64,000 bases of DNA from the NCBI GenBank assembly GCA_027923505.1, contig BROI01000015.1:310001-374000 (forward strand), read 5' to 3'. How positions within the stretch are numbered: the stretch's first letter is position 1; the number at the start of each line of letters is the position of its first letter. This document shows positions 20,133 through 31,193 of this stretch, in pieces. Position numbers and translations under genes: made by a program. This stretch comes from Mayamaea pseudoterrestris (taxonomy: Eukaryota). The notes under the pieces were generated by a model. That model did no database searches, was not told where the DNA came from, and was given only the letters and a program-made list of their open reading frames with translations.

Positions 20133-23100
20133 CTAATGATAGCGCGGATAAGCGCACTCGAACGCCGACGGATTGATGGGTGCGTTTCCTCCGCAAAACG
20201 TAATCAAAGCGTCTCTGTCAATGTACTCTCTCAAATCACTGTAGCGTATTAGAAACTTCACCTTGTCCCTCGTCCTCGCCGATCGAACATACTTGGAAAG
20301 GCGCATCAAACCTCCAACAGCTGTTCGGGCAAACGTCGTGTTACCATGACCGACCACAACGTACGCTCGATGCAGCTGCTCGGGATAATGATCCAAAAAT
20401 ATGTTAATCAGAGTGCGGGCAAGCCTTTTGCTGGCATGCAAGCTCCAAACCTCGTCAGGTTCCACGCGAGGATTACTAAAATCTTGCGAATTTTGTGCCA
20501 TTGTCGCCTCATCGTCGGACTCTTTTTCTGATTCGCCATCAGCAACCGAACTAAGCATGGACGGGGCCGTCGTTTCCGTATCAGTCTCGTCTTCTAGTCT
20601 CTTCCTTCGCTTCTTTGCCTTGTGGGGTTTACCAAGGGATACAACAAGGGTGCAGCGCACGTTTGGGTCGGCAAGGACCAACTCACGCACTGCCATCTCG
20701 AATCGACACAGAACGGCGGCAACTGCTGCATTCTCATCCTTTCTCCAAGGAGATAATAACATGCTACGAAAGTAGAAGACCGGGTTGTCCTTCTTGTCGC
20801 GACCTTGCTGAAAAAATTGTCCATTCTGCATTTCAACGCGGCACAATCTCGTATCAATGGGAAAGGTCCGGCCGCGCCAAGCAACGGTTTCAACGATGCG
20901 CACCGCCGCTTTCGTGTGACTGCAGCGCGATGACACGAAGAAGCGCCGAATATCATCTCGAGTGACCATTCGAACTATCGGTACACTCAGAAAACCATCA
21001 GGGGCAGCTGTTGCCTTATCAGCAAAGTAACCAAGCTGTAATAGCTGCTCACAACGGAATGGGACCTGCACATGCTCAAGTATCTTCACCATTTCATTCA
21101 CGGCCTGCTCCAATGGATCATTAGACTCTATAAGAGAAAGGCTATGTCCTTGATGATGACGCAGCGGAGAACTGTAATTTGCTTGTGTGGGCATGCGCTC
21201 CTTAGTCGGACTTTTTATAAAGCGCATCATGGGATCAATCGTTGCGAGAAAAGGATCAGTAATGAACAACTTGAGTAATTTAGTCGTGTCGCTAGGCTCA
21301 TCAGTATTATCTTGGTCGGATGGGTTGTAAAGATTATGATTGTCTAATTGCTTTGGGGTTACAAAGTGACCAGGTAGCGCGGTGCTTGTCTTCAATTGAA
21401 CCATGCGATAGCTGCTCAGAACTCGCTCAGGAGACTCCTCATCGGTCGCACTAGCAAGAACATATGAAACGTCAAGAACGTCATGCTCAAACCCAGGCTT
21501 TTCAATAAAAAGCAATAGAGTCCGCATTGCAAACGTCAATGCCTTTTTGGAGCTCAATGTCGCTACATGGGAGACGTAATTCCCTGGCAAACCATCGCGC
21601 TGTAGACTACCCCCAAAATGTGAAACGTCGCCACAACTCGAAATACGTAGCGCTGGCAAAGGGGTGCGATCACCGGCACTGTGCGTTTGAATGGGGGAAG
21701 ACTCATTTGTCATGAGCGAAAGCAGCGACAAGAAATTTACACCAAGATATGTCTTCCATTGCAAGCGATCGCGGGGAGTCCCTAAATGAATTATAACTTC
21801 AAGCTTACTATCACGCTCTCGCGGTCCACCCATTTTGAAGTTCTGAACGGCAGTGTCAAAGCTAGGATCGACGCCTTCCGGCAAAGAACGGACAAAAACT
21901 GCCACATGCCATAGTCGATGCGCATGAACGTGGACACAAGAAACGAAAAAGTCAAGCTCTGGATTCGTATCAACAAGGGTGCGCAAAGACGGAATAGCCA
22001 AGACAGGATCCGTATCGTGTCGAAGGACTGGGTTCTTATCGGACATCGCTACTTTGAACGTATGAATGCCCACAAGCGAATAACCCTGCGTCAAACTGAG
22101 CGCTGTATTGGATCGATTCTGCTTGAATCCTGTACCACGGACTTGGCAAACTACATCCCTCGACACTGTTCCTTCGTAATAAACTTGTTTGTTGTCTGAT
22201 AAGCTATCCCACTGGCTGTTGTCATTGTTGTCGTCAAACGCCATTCTTCGTTTCCAGTAGTTGTCAAGAACAGGTTGGTCAAGGTTCCAACCCTTGTTAA
22301 CGACTCGTCGCGCATCGCAATAGGCATTGACCAAGATTGAAGCCCGAGCAACGCGTTTTCTCCACCGAAAAAGCTGCTCGACTCGAGCTTTGGACGTTTG
22401 GTTGCGCGGTACTGCAGCACTTGGTAAATGTGGAACAAAGAGACGAAAGAAATCAACCGGCCCAATGAGCAAGCGCTTCTCGACATATTCTGACCTAAGC
22501 CCACTCGTTCCGTCTTTGTCTCCGTTGCTGTTTGGTGTCGCTGAATCTGCAGCAGAGTCATTGACTCTACCACTGTCCTTCGACATGTGCTCCGTTGCAT
22601 GCTTCCACCACAATGCTTCCAGTCGCAATCGCAAGGACGGAAACGCACTTCCAAAACACCTGACACAATCATCCCAAGCAATTCCATAGCAGCACTGCTT
22701 CAATAAATCGTCGTCACATGCGTTTGGGTCATTTCCAATCGCGTGATCATCATGCCAAACAAACTCCTTTCCAGCGTAAGCAATACTTCCTTGATGAATG
22801 ACTTGTAGCGCTTGAAACATATTATATATAGATGATCCAAGAGTTTGTAATGCCAAAACATCGGTTTGAAACTGCGCTGCAATGGCAGCCGATCCGAGTG
22901 TATGCTCCATCGTCCACTCGCGATCATTCTCCATGTTTCGTTGTGCAAGCAACGGTGGTGTTGCGGGCGACGTCGAGTCCTGCTTGACATGCAACTGAAT
23001 GATTCCACTCTCCACTGGATTGACAACTTGCAGAAAGGCATGCTCCAATGGTATTTCTACGGGTGGGTCCTTTTCTTGGCTCTTTTTCAAAACAACCGCA

Positions 23101-23819
23101 TGTGGCATGGATCGCAGTGGCCTCTGGGCAATCATTTGAGCCGCTTCCGGTAAATGACCATTCGTCGCATGATGAATTCCCAACGTCGGTGATTCGCTCA
23201 TGGTCAAAGCGAGGTATCGCTCGAGTCGAAAATGCTTGTCAGGTGGTATGACTTGCCGAGATACTTCAAGCCACGACGGTGGAGGCACACGCGTTTCGTA
23301 TACGAGCGAAAAATGCTTCGGTCCATAGTAGTGAATGCGACTCATTGGGTTCTCTTGGTTCGCGGACCGTTCAACTGCTAATAACTCGAAGAGATCGTCG
23401 TACTCGCCCTCATGATTAATGTTGCTGGTAGACAAGTCAAAACTCGAGTATGAACCGGACCGAGATCGAGATCGGCTGCGTTGTCGTCGTTTACGTTGCG
23501 AAAAAAGCGGATCATCCATCAGCGTGGAATCAAGACTTGCAAAGTGCTTGCGGCGGACTGATTTAGCAGATAAGGCTTTTTGATTTTTCCAGCTGACTAT
23601 TTTCCAGATAAAAAAGGCGCAGACCATGACGACGACGAAAACTTCAAGAAAATATAGTTCGCGTTCAGTGAAAAGCATGAAGCGTCCATGGAGAAGCGAC
23701 CAACATGCACGAAGTTCTACTTTGAGGAAGAGCCCTATTGATTCTAAACCACGCAAAGCTCTATTCTGCACGTTCTCTCCATTAACCGGCGTGCACTTGA
23801 CATCATCCAAACGATCCAT
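20133..23819 (-). CDS. Membrane-anchored lipid-binding protein: N-terminal TM, EDR2_C/DUF1336-like domain, C-terminal CRAL-TRIO (Sec14) domain
   Basis: TM LYFLEVFVVVMVCAFFIWKIV. DUF1336-like VLDVSYVLASATDEESPERVLSSYRM. CRAL-TRIO DIRRFF...WR, GRDKKDNPVFY, FLDHYPEQLHRAYVV, TRDKVKF, LITFCGG. Start placed at MDRLDD (inferred). Confidence 0.75.
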   Translation of the reverse strand: MDRLDDVKCTPVNGENVQNRALRGLESIGLFLKVELRACWSLLHGRFMLFTERELYFLEVFVVVMVCAFFIWKIVSWKNQKALSAKSVRRKHFASLDSTLMDDPLFSQRKRRQRSRSRSRSGSYSSFDLSTSNINHEGEYDDLFELLAVERSANQENPMSRIHYYGPKHFSLVYETRVPPPSWLEVSRQVIPPDKHFRLERYLALTMSESPTLGIHHATNGHLPEAAQMIAQRPLRSMPHAVVLKKSQEKDPPVEIPLEHAFLQVVNPVESGIIQLHVKQDSTSPATPPLLAQRNMENDREWTMEHTLGSAAIAAQFQTDVLALQTLGSSIYNMFQALQVIHQGSIAYAGKEFVWHDDHAIGNDPNACDDDLLKQCCYGIAWDDCVRCFGSAFPSLRLRLEALWWKHATEHMSKDSGRVNDSAADSATPNSNGDKDGTSGLRSEYVEKRLLIGPVDFFRLFVPHLPSAAVPRNQTSKARVEQLFRWRKRVARASILVNAYCDARRVVNKGWNLDQPVLDNYWKRRMAFDDNNDNSQWDSLSDNKQVYYEGTVSRDVVCQVRGTGFKQNRSNTALSLTQGYSLVGIHTFKVAMSDKNPVLRHDTDPVLAIPSLRTLVDTNPELDFFVSCVHVHAHRLWHVAVFVRSLPEGVDPSFDTAVQNFKMGGPRERDSKLEVIIHLGTPRDRLQWKTYLGVNFLSLLSLMTNESSPIQTHSAGDRTPLPALRISSCGDVSHFGGSLQRDGLPGNYVSHVATLSSKKALTFAMRTLLLFIEKPGFEHDVLDVSYVLASATDEESPERVLSSYRMVQLKTSTALPGHFVTPKQLDNHNLYNPSDQDNTDEPSDTTKLLKLFITDPFLATIDPMMRFIKSPTKERMPTQANYSSPLRHHQGHSLSLIESNDPLEQAVNEMVKILEHVQVPFRCEQLLQLGYFADKATAAPDGFLSVPIVRMVTRDDIRRFFVSSRCSHTKAAVRIVETVAWRGRTFPIDTRLCRVEMQNGQFFQQGRDKKDNPVFYFRSMLLSPWRKDENAAVAAVLCRFEMAVRELVLADPNVRCTLVVSLGKPHKAKKRRKRLEDETDTETTAPSMLSSVADGESEKESDDEATMAQNSQDFSNPRVEPDEVWSLHASKRLARTLINIFLDHYPEQLHRAYVVVGHGNTTFARTAVGGLMRLSKYVRSARTRDKVKFLIRYSDLREYIDRDALITFCGGNAPINPSAFECAYPRYH

Positions 23820-24279
23820 TTTGCTGAGCTGTGCGCTGCTGCTGCTCCTGCATAAAAGTCCCAGTCTTCGAGAAAGCAGATTGCTGAATTTAATATTTCC
23901 TTTAGATAGTGAAATTATATGAGGGTAGAAGTGTTGAATTCGGAAAATTGGATGCGATACAGTACTACCGGTAGGAGACTTCCCAGAATATGCCTTACCG
24001 TCGAAGCTCATGGTCGAATCCGTTTCTGTTTTTGCGAGCCAATCGACATGTCCGACCGGTATTAAAAAAGGATATCGCACCTTTTTCACATTATTTTGGC
24101 GATGGGTCAAAGGTGGTCGCCGGGATCTACGACGAGTACGATATAGGTCTGCAAATGTTACATGAACAACGCTGGATATAAATCTCAATTCGATATTAGT
24201 CTCATGCAGTGGTTTACTTATATATATATATACTAATTCACCCTACCGGTAGTAATTGACCCGACGGCACTCGACGCGT

Positions 24280-25539
24280 TCATATCAATCGTCCATCATT
24301 CTCGCCGCAATGTGTCTGCGCACCCAAAAAGTTTAACACTCCCATGTCTATAGTAGAGCTGCGTTGGGCTAAAATGAGTGGCGTTTGCCGCAGCCGATTC
24401 TCGACTTGGCAACATTTCGGCTCAACAATCATCAAGTGCCGAATTGCCGCCAAGCTTGCTCCATGTCGTACCGCAAGATGTAAGGCCGTGCTACCCCGGC
24501 GATCCAACAGAGCAACAGAGGTTGGTGCTGACAAGAGGAGCTCGTCCATCAATTTGACTTGGTGTGGCTGATGTTTCAATAGAACCATGAGCGGTGTCTC
24601 GAGCTGATGGCCATCCAGTAGCATCAACGGATTCGTCCAACCAGCTTTTGCAAGTTTCATACCCGCCTCCAGCAACGCTTGAATAACACAAGCAGGAACA
24701 CTCTTGTTTGCCAATGCCATGTGGAGGGGGTACTGATACGGAGCCTTGACTTGCCGCTCCACTTTGCCTTGCGTCTGAGCATGGTAGACCATTTTGGTCG
24801 AGTGAACAATATACTTGCGCATCAAGCTCTGAGGATCCTTCTGTAGTATCTCTTGGACTTGCTGGAGCATTCTAATAGCCGCTTCCTCGCCTGCAGGCTT
24901 GCAACCGAAACAAACATTGTGAAGAAGGCCGTCTTCCTTGTGCGCTATAGCGGCAAGAGGAGCCGGGGGATGCTGCATGACTCTGGCGCTGAGCATTGTC
25001 GATGCTTCACCCATTAAATCGTTTGATGAGGCTGACTTTGATAGTATTCCGTCGGTTGATGAAGATGAAGATGATACTGTATCCGAAATGGTCGTATAGT
25101 GCGAGCTGAAAATGGCTTCATTCATGGCAGCCATGAGTGCAACCAAGTGATGCGAGTGATCCGGCTGCATTGGCACATTATCGCGAGTTGGGGTGCGGAC
25201 AGTAATGGCGACACCTGCACTGCGCCCACCAACAGACGCAGCATCTTGTTGGACCTGAATGTTCAAAGGGGCTCCTGGGAAGAGCGAGGGAAAGGATGTT
25301 TCGGCCGAGTAGGTTCGTACGTGACGAATCGGCGCTGGACCTCGAGCCGCTGCCTGATGGTGAGGAGGATGCGGCTCGTCCTCGGAGGTCTCGTGGAGGA
25401 ACGAGCCAACCGATGCACCGCAATCATCAATCGTTAGCATGTCATCCTCAAGCTCCAACAGACAGCCTAGCGTCCCATGAATGACCGTGACGAGCGGAAG
25501 TGGTGGTTTCGTAGTGCTGGGCGACGGATATTGATTCAT
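24280..25539 (-). CDS. Ankyrin-repeat protein (paralogue A)
   Basis: YPLHMAL, ETPLMVLL, DRRGSTALHLAVRHGAS, NRLRQTPLILA; first ATG (MNQYP) at 25539. Confidence 0.85.
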   Translation of the reverse strand: MNQYPSPSTTKPPLPLVTVIHGTLGCLLELEDDMLTIDDCGASVGSFLHETSEDEPHPPHHQAAARGPAPIRHVRTYSAETSFPSLFPGAPLNIQVQQDAASVGGRSAGVAITVRTPTRDNVPMQPDHSHHLVALMAAMNEAIFSSHYTTISDTVSSSSSSTDGILSKSASSNDLMGEASTMLSARVMQHPPAPLAAIAHKEDGLLHNVCFGCKPAGEEAAIRMLQQVQEILQKDPQSLMRKYIVHSTKMVYHAQTQGKVERQVKAPYQYPLHMALANKSVPACVIQALLEAGMKLAKAGWTNPLMLLDGHQLETPLMVLLKHQPHQVKLMDELLLSAPTSVALLDRRGSTALHLAVRHGASLAAIRHLMIVEPKCCQVENRLRQTPLILAQRSSTIDMGVLNFLGAQTHCGENDGRLI

Positions 25540-26765
25540 ATTCAGTAGTTGATCAGTATGATAGCAGTACTGTGAGGAGCTGTGAGAAAACGGGAAAATG
25601 TTGGACGTTCCTTTCGCAATTGTGAGTGGCACCGGGTACAAGCGCGTCGATATCAACCAACGCAGACCGCTACCTTATAGCTTCGAATACGTTCCGAGCA
25701 GCTGACATGTTCACGTGGTCTCATCAAACATTGAAGTAGGCTATTTTTGCGCTGGCGCTGGGATAGTTACTTACAAGTGAACCATTTGTCTGCAAGCTGG
25801 TATTAAGTATCAATGCACCTGCTCATGGCGTCGACGTGTTCGTTTTTGGCAAGAATGACTCGCAAAACCAAGGTCACAACTTCCGCTTCAACATTGAACT
25901 CACAAATCTGAGAAACCTCCAGATGGTGACGAAGGAAACGGTATCGCCGAAGCCTGGCATTATGCTTTCATCATGATGGTTGAAGTTTCAGTCGTGACAA
26001 AATTTCACAGAAGCGGGCCTTACAGTTACTTATGCAGTACAAACCTATTCGACACTTTAATACTGTAGTATACCGACATTATTATTTTGTGGCAGTACTG
26101 CAGACCTTTGCGTTCGCCTGGACGAAGGCATCGATTTCGATTGCGCTTTATTAGATATGCAAACCGATGGATGGATCCGAATCTTTCAATTACACTGCAC
26201 ACCCAAAGCATACAAGCCTTTGTAAGAGAACGCAGTGTATACTGTACGTACTACTGTACGCATTTTGCACTTACGTGCATGTATCAACCTGTCATTGTTT
26301 CGAGCCATTGCCGCCTTCATCACTCCAATCTTGGCAAGGCAACTGCATCAGTCCTTCCCTCTTGCCTCGGTCGATTTGTTACTATGTATCATACCGGCAT
26401 GATACCTGTATATATTTCTACCGATGCGTTGTCACTGGAAGAATGGACAAGGAAGATGCTCTGGCGTTTATAAGTATCATAAGGACGTAGCTACCTCATT
26501 CCTTCCGTGGAATATCGACGTGTTGGTTGAGCAGCTTGCGAGATGAGTCACAGGAGCTCCCGGGATGCACGCCGACAGCAAGGGCTTATTTACAAAATCG
26601 GAACTTTTCACGAGGGCAAGGACGAAAAAGGCCTCCCAGAAGCCAGCCTGTCATCCTTTCTCACATTTTGAGCTCGACAGAGCATAATCAACTTAACAAT
26701 GCTTTCCACTGGTTTGCAATCACATTCTACTTCGTTGTCGACAAGGAAACTACAACAAAGGAGCT

Positions 26766-28247
26766 ATGATGGCAGAAGGTGACAACTCCGGCGAGAGAGG
26801 GCTTCACATCGAAGAAAAAATTATGGAAATATGTGGCACTGATCAAAGCCATGGAGCGATGATTGACGAGGATGAAGATTCAAAGAAAGGCCGCGATAAT
26901 GGACAGGAAGATGAAAAGCCAACTGACGCTTCAATTGATAGTTCATTGGTAGCATCGGAGGCAGCCGCAATAAATTGTAGCTCAGCCTCTTCCACCACGA
27001 AGCGACTGCGCATCCCCGCCAAGTTTCGCAACAAGAAGCCAGCTGACATGCCTCGTCGACCACTCAGCGCATACAACATATTCTTCCGAGATCAACGAAG
27101 ACAAATTATGGAGGATCGACACCGAGGTGTCGTTTCACAACTGAATGCGGCGACGACGTCTACCGGTAGTGGCAGCGGTGGCTTGTTCGAGTCCATGGCC
27201 AGGACGATCGCATCCAAATGGAAGACAATTGCAAAAGACGAGTTGGAACGTTACTCGCAACTCGCCAACGAAGATACACTTCGATACCGTGCACAAATGG
27301 AGGAATATAACCAAAAATTCGTCGAAGACAAGTCAATGGCAGCCAAGAAAAGACGGGCGGAGAATCGAAAGATGAAGCAAGTAGAGAAGGCACAGACTAA
27401 AGCGCTCGAGAGCAAGGCAGCGAGTAAGGGTCTAACTTCTCAGCTCCGAGAGGAGGAAACTGTGCATACGGCAGTGCCATCCACGTCACCTAGAAATATC
27501 TTGCAACAGAATGTGACGGGCAAATATCCGCACACCGGATCGGCAACTACTGCACACCATTCACAATTCTCCAATGACAATCAAATGCGATTGATGTTGG
27601 CGCATGCCAATGGATTAAGCCAGACGCTCCCATCGATCCAAAATCAAAACCACCTTGTCCAAGAGTATCTTCGCCAGATTCAAACTGCGCAATCGCCAAC
27701 GATTCTCACCCAGCAACAGCTATCTCCGGCTCGCTCGCGATTAGCCGCTACAGGGCATCAAGATGGTTCAATGACATCTTTCTATCAAGTTGGCACCCAG
27801 AACCAATGGTCCATTCTACAACTGCTCCACCACCAGCACGTTCAACAGCATTCTCTTCCTACAACATCAACAGCGCATTTTGGCGACTTGAACCAGTTTT
27901 TTACCATGCAGCAACCATACCAGCAAACGAGACAGCTTCATGTGCAACCGCAGCTACAGCTACAGCAGCAGCAGCCGCAGCCGCAGCAACAGATGCCCAG
28001 CCAGTTAGACAATACTGCAGTTGGCTTACTCCTTCAGCAGTTTCAGCAGCAACACTTTAGGCTACAGCAGCAACAAAACATGGTCCATTGGAACACCAAT
28101 GCCAGTTTCTATCAGCAGCAGCAGCAGCAGCAGCAGCAAAACCAGCCGCAGGTACAGCAGGAAATCATTCATCGCGAAGACAGCGATAATCTTGATTCGT
28201 CCTCAACTGGTCGGCGGCAGAGGAAAAATTCCGGCAGCCAGGACTAA
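26766..28247 (+). CDS. HMG-box transcription factor with Gln-rich C-terminus
   Basis: KPADMPRRPLSAYNIFFRDQR...FESMARTIASKWK...Y..LA.ED..RY..QMEEY; poly-Q tail. Confidence 0.92.
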   Translation: MMAEGDNSGERGLHIEEKIMEICGTDQSHGAMIDEDEDSKKGRDNGQEDEKPTDASIDSSLVASEAAAINCSSASSTTKRLRIPAKFRNKKPADMPRRPLSAYNIFFRDQRRQIMEDRHRGVVSQLNAATTSTGSGSGGLFESMARTIASKWKTIAKDELERYSQLANEDTLRYRAQMEEYNQKFVEDKSMAAKKRRAENRKMKQVEKAQTKALESKAASKGLTSQLREEETVHTAVPSTSPRNILQQNVTGKYPHTGSATTAHHSQFSNDNQMRLMLAHANGLSQTLPSIQNQNHLVQEYLRQIQTAQSPTILTQQQLSPARSRLAATGHQDGSMTSFYQVGTQNQWSILQLLHHQHVQQHSLPTTSTAHFGDLNQFFTMQQPYQQTRQLHVQPQLQLQQQQPQPQQQMPSQLDNTAVGLLLQQFQQQHFRLQQQQNMVHWNTNASFYQQQQQQQQQNQPQVQQEIIHREDSDNLDSSSTGRRQRKNSGSQD

Positions 28248-28382
28248 GCATATCACTCAACACGAAATAGCACGATTGGAATAAACTGGAATACAACAAT
28301 CTTTCTTATTAGAAAGCAATGAATTGAACGATCGTTTCCTATATAAGAGCAATATAATTGCTAACGTTACTCCTTGTCAAAC

Positions 28383-29312
28383 TCATCCGCCATCAGTCCT
28401 GGCCTCCGTTTCACCAAAAATCTCCGTATCGTCTTCACTCGGCGGAATAATTGTAAGGGGAATACAATCCTGCCAAATTTGACACTCCCATTCAATCAGT
28501 TGCGTACGAATTCGATTGTACACATTGTAAAAGGATACAGCCAATGCCTTGTAGGCCATTTGTCCAAGCAGCAACTTGAGCGGAAGGGCCGCATGGACAA
28601 ACCGTCCCCAGCTCGGCCACTGAATCCACAAGAACCGACTCGTCAAGGCAGCTGACAATAGCTTTTCCCAAAGTGGCAGCGTCAGTAACAAGGCGATGAA
28701 AATCGTGCCTGCCATGACGGCCGCAAGAACGACTGGCGCATCCAGTAACAAGGAAAGCAGTGTACCCAAAGGAGTCAAGTGATTGTACAGACTAAACTGC
28801 GAGTCCGGTCGAAACCATGTTCGTAATATCGCATACTGCGAGTGCCAAAGGGGATCTACTTTGGTTGGATCATTTCGTCGGAGCCGATTCAAGGATGAGA
28901 GCGTCACCCAAGCAGTATTGGACCGCAGATCGCTTCCAATGGGCGCCACCACCTTAGTGCCTGGCTCAGCGTCAAACGAGTAAGCGCATGACATTGGATT
29001 TTCCTCCGTCGATAGTGCACAGTCCCAGTCAACGACTTTGATGGTGTTTTGTTCGGGAGTAACTTGTAAAGCATCAAGACCGCGCTTGACAAGTGCTTGT
29101 CGGAGTTGAAAGGAGCGTGTCTGGAGACAGAGCTGCTGCTGCAGCCGATACGTCTTAATGTCGTCCTTGCTTGCAGACGCGGCTTTTGTAGATCCGCCTC
29201 TTATTTGCGACACGGCAGAGATTAGTTGTCTTGATACATGACGCGCCTGACTTGAAGGAAGTAGCAGGGAAACAACAAGAAGTAGCTTTATTCGCAACAA
29301 GATTCTCCCCAT
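28383..29312 (-). CDS. Hypothetical signal-peptide-bearing membrane protein
   Basis: Signal peptide, 'IRGG' after it, and hydrophobic C-terminal helices; ATG at 29312. Confidence 0.7.
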   Translation of the reverse strand: MGRILLRIKLLLVVSLLLPSSQARHVSRQLISAVSQIRGGSTKAASASKDDIKTYRLQQQLCLQTRSFQLRQALVKRGLDALQVTPEQNTIKVVDWDCALSTEENPMSCAYSFDAEPGTKVVAPIGSDLRSNTAWVTLSSLNRLRRNDPTKVDPLWHSQYAILRTWFRPDSQFSLYNHLTPLGTLLSLLLDAPVVLAAVMAGTIFIALLLTLPLWEKLLSAALTSRFLWIQWPSWGRFVHAALPLKLLLGQMAYKALAVSFYNVYNRIRTQLIEWECQIWQDCIPLTIIPPSEDDTEIFGETEARTDGG

Positions 29313-29890
29313 CGTCACTTGTCACGTCGCCAATGAGACTTGTATCTGTTTCGCCTATAGAGCACCAAGACAAGATGGAACGGTAGAATTGTCTCGACAG
29401 GATCGATCAAACTTAAAATCCCATGGTCGACGAGGCGCGGCGCGTGGAAGAAGAAACGTCTGATGTCGCAACGGTTAGATTTAACAATCGCAGAGGCACC
29501 CACTGCGACTGTCACGGAAACGACTGACACGGTGAAAATTGATACGATCACGGCTGGCTAGCAGCTGTGAATATTCTATTTAACCATCAAGTGCTTCAAC
29601 TTCAATGAAAAAGATGAAAACTGTGGAAGGGCACAGATGCAGTTCAGAAATAGTGACGAGGAAGGACAGGTGCAAGGATACACATTCGCATCTTGTGGTC
29701 CATGACATGGAAGTTCATCCGCACTTCTGTAATCACAAGTTCCAGCGTACCGTATCACCGCTATTCTTCCAAATGATTGTCCGAAAGATTTGCCGAAGCA
29801 ACTTCCTTGCGTGGTGTTTTACTCTCACAATTTTGCACGAGCGCATCGTTTAATTCTCAATTCGCCGCTTTCCTTTGATCCAACAACATC

Positions 29891-31117
29891 ATGATGAAAC
29901 AGTCTACCTCCACAACCATCATGACTCTGCTTTATCCGCTTCCAACCATTATTCAAGAAACCTACAGCTACTCGGAGGAGGAAGAGGAGGACGGTCCATT
30001 TGCTGATTCTTGCGATGTTCTATCGGTTGGATCTTTTATCGGAGAAACTTTCGAGGAGGAACAGGAACACCTACAAGTTCCACAAGTACTTGTAACATCA
30101 AACCGTCGCCCTCCCATTCGACATGTTCGAACCTACTCTGCGGAAACCTCCTTTCCAACCCTTTACCCAGGAACGCCATTGGATGTCATCCAAGTCCAAG
30201 ATGATGACGCCGACCTCGGCGTTGCCATTGCTGTCAAGACGACTGTGTCTGGGCAGCAGCAGCACTGGGGAACGCTCATGACTGCCATGAACGAAACCAT
30301 TTTCAGTTCACACTGCACCACCATCTCGGATGCGACTACCTTTTCATCTTCTCTCATGGTGGAGCTGCCAAAGTCTGTCTCGACTGACAACTTGATGGAT
30401 GAAACCGACTTGCCGCCGCAAGAAATTCAGTGGACGACTCCTTCGTCGCCGGTTTCCGTTAATGAGAATGACGGCTTGCTCCACAATATTTGCTTCTCCT
30501 ACAAGCCAACCGATGACGACTCTGCCGCCAAGATGCTGCAACTTGTACAAGAGATACTACAGAAGGATCCTCAAAGCTTGATGCGCAAGCATGTTGTGCA
30601 CTCGACCAAGTCAGTTTATCATCCACAGACGCAAGGAAAGGTGGACCGTCACATCAAGGCTCCCTACCAATACCCGCTGCACATGGCACTGGCCAATAAG
30701 AGTGTTCCCGCACCTCTCATTCAAGTGTTATTGGAGGCAGCGCTGAAACTTGCCAAGGCTGGCTGGACGAATCCATTAATGCTTCTGGATGGTCATCAAC
30801 TCGAGACACCGCTCATGGTTCTATTGAAACATCAGCCACAACAAGTCAAGCTAATGGATGAACTCATTCTTTTGGCGCCAGCATCAGTGGCGCTTCAAGA
30901 CCGTCGGGGTAGCACTGCGCTTCATTTGGCTGTCAGGCATGGAGCAAGCCTCGTGGCGATTCGCCAGTTGGTTACTGTCGATCCAACAAGCTGCCTCGTG
31001 GAGAATCGATTGCAGCAAACTCCATTGACACTGGCGCAGCGGAATGCGGCCATTGATACCGGTGTGTTGAATTTTTTGAGCACAAAGACCCACGGTAACA
31101 ACGGGCGGCTGTGGTAA
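29891..31117 (+). CDS. Ankyrin-repeat protein (paralogue B, copy 1)
   Basis: Same ankyrin motifs as 24280-25539; shared PIRHVRTYSAETSFP. Confidence 0.87.
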   Translation: MMKQSTSTTIMTLLYPLPTIIQETYSYSEEEEEDGPFADSCDVLSVGSFIGETFEEEQEHLQVPQVLVTSNRRPPIRHVRTYSAETSFPTLYPGTPLDVIQVQDDDADLGVAIAVKTTVSGQQQHWGTLMTAMNETIFSSHCTTISDATTFSSSLMVELPKSVSTDNLMDETDLPPQEIQWTTPSSPVSVNENDGLLHNICFSYKPTDDDSAAKMLQLVQEILQKDPQSLMRKHVVHSTKSVYHPQTQGKVDRHIKAPYQYPLHMALANKSVPAPLIQVLLEAALKLAKAGWTNPLMLLDGHQLETPLMVLLKHQPQQVKLMDELILLAPASVALQDRRGSTALHLAVRHGASLVAIRQLVTVDPTSCLVENRLQQTPLTLAQRNAAIDTGVLNFLSTKTHGNNGRLW

Positions 31118-31193
31118 ACAATTACTACAGTTGGGAAAATACTTGTTAAATATACACACTAAACATGTTTACATTATGTGAATTTTTCACTTT

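Noticed and set aside
23820..24188. Upstream extension of the 1351-aa ORF
   Set aside because: Non-ATG start and intergenic-like sequence; MDRLDD at 23819 is more plausible, although an upstream Met at ~24011 cannot be excluded.
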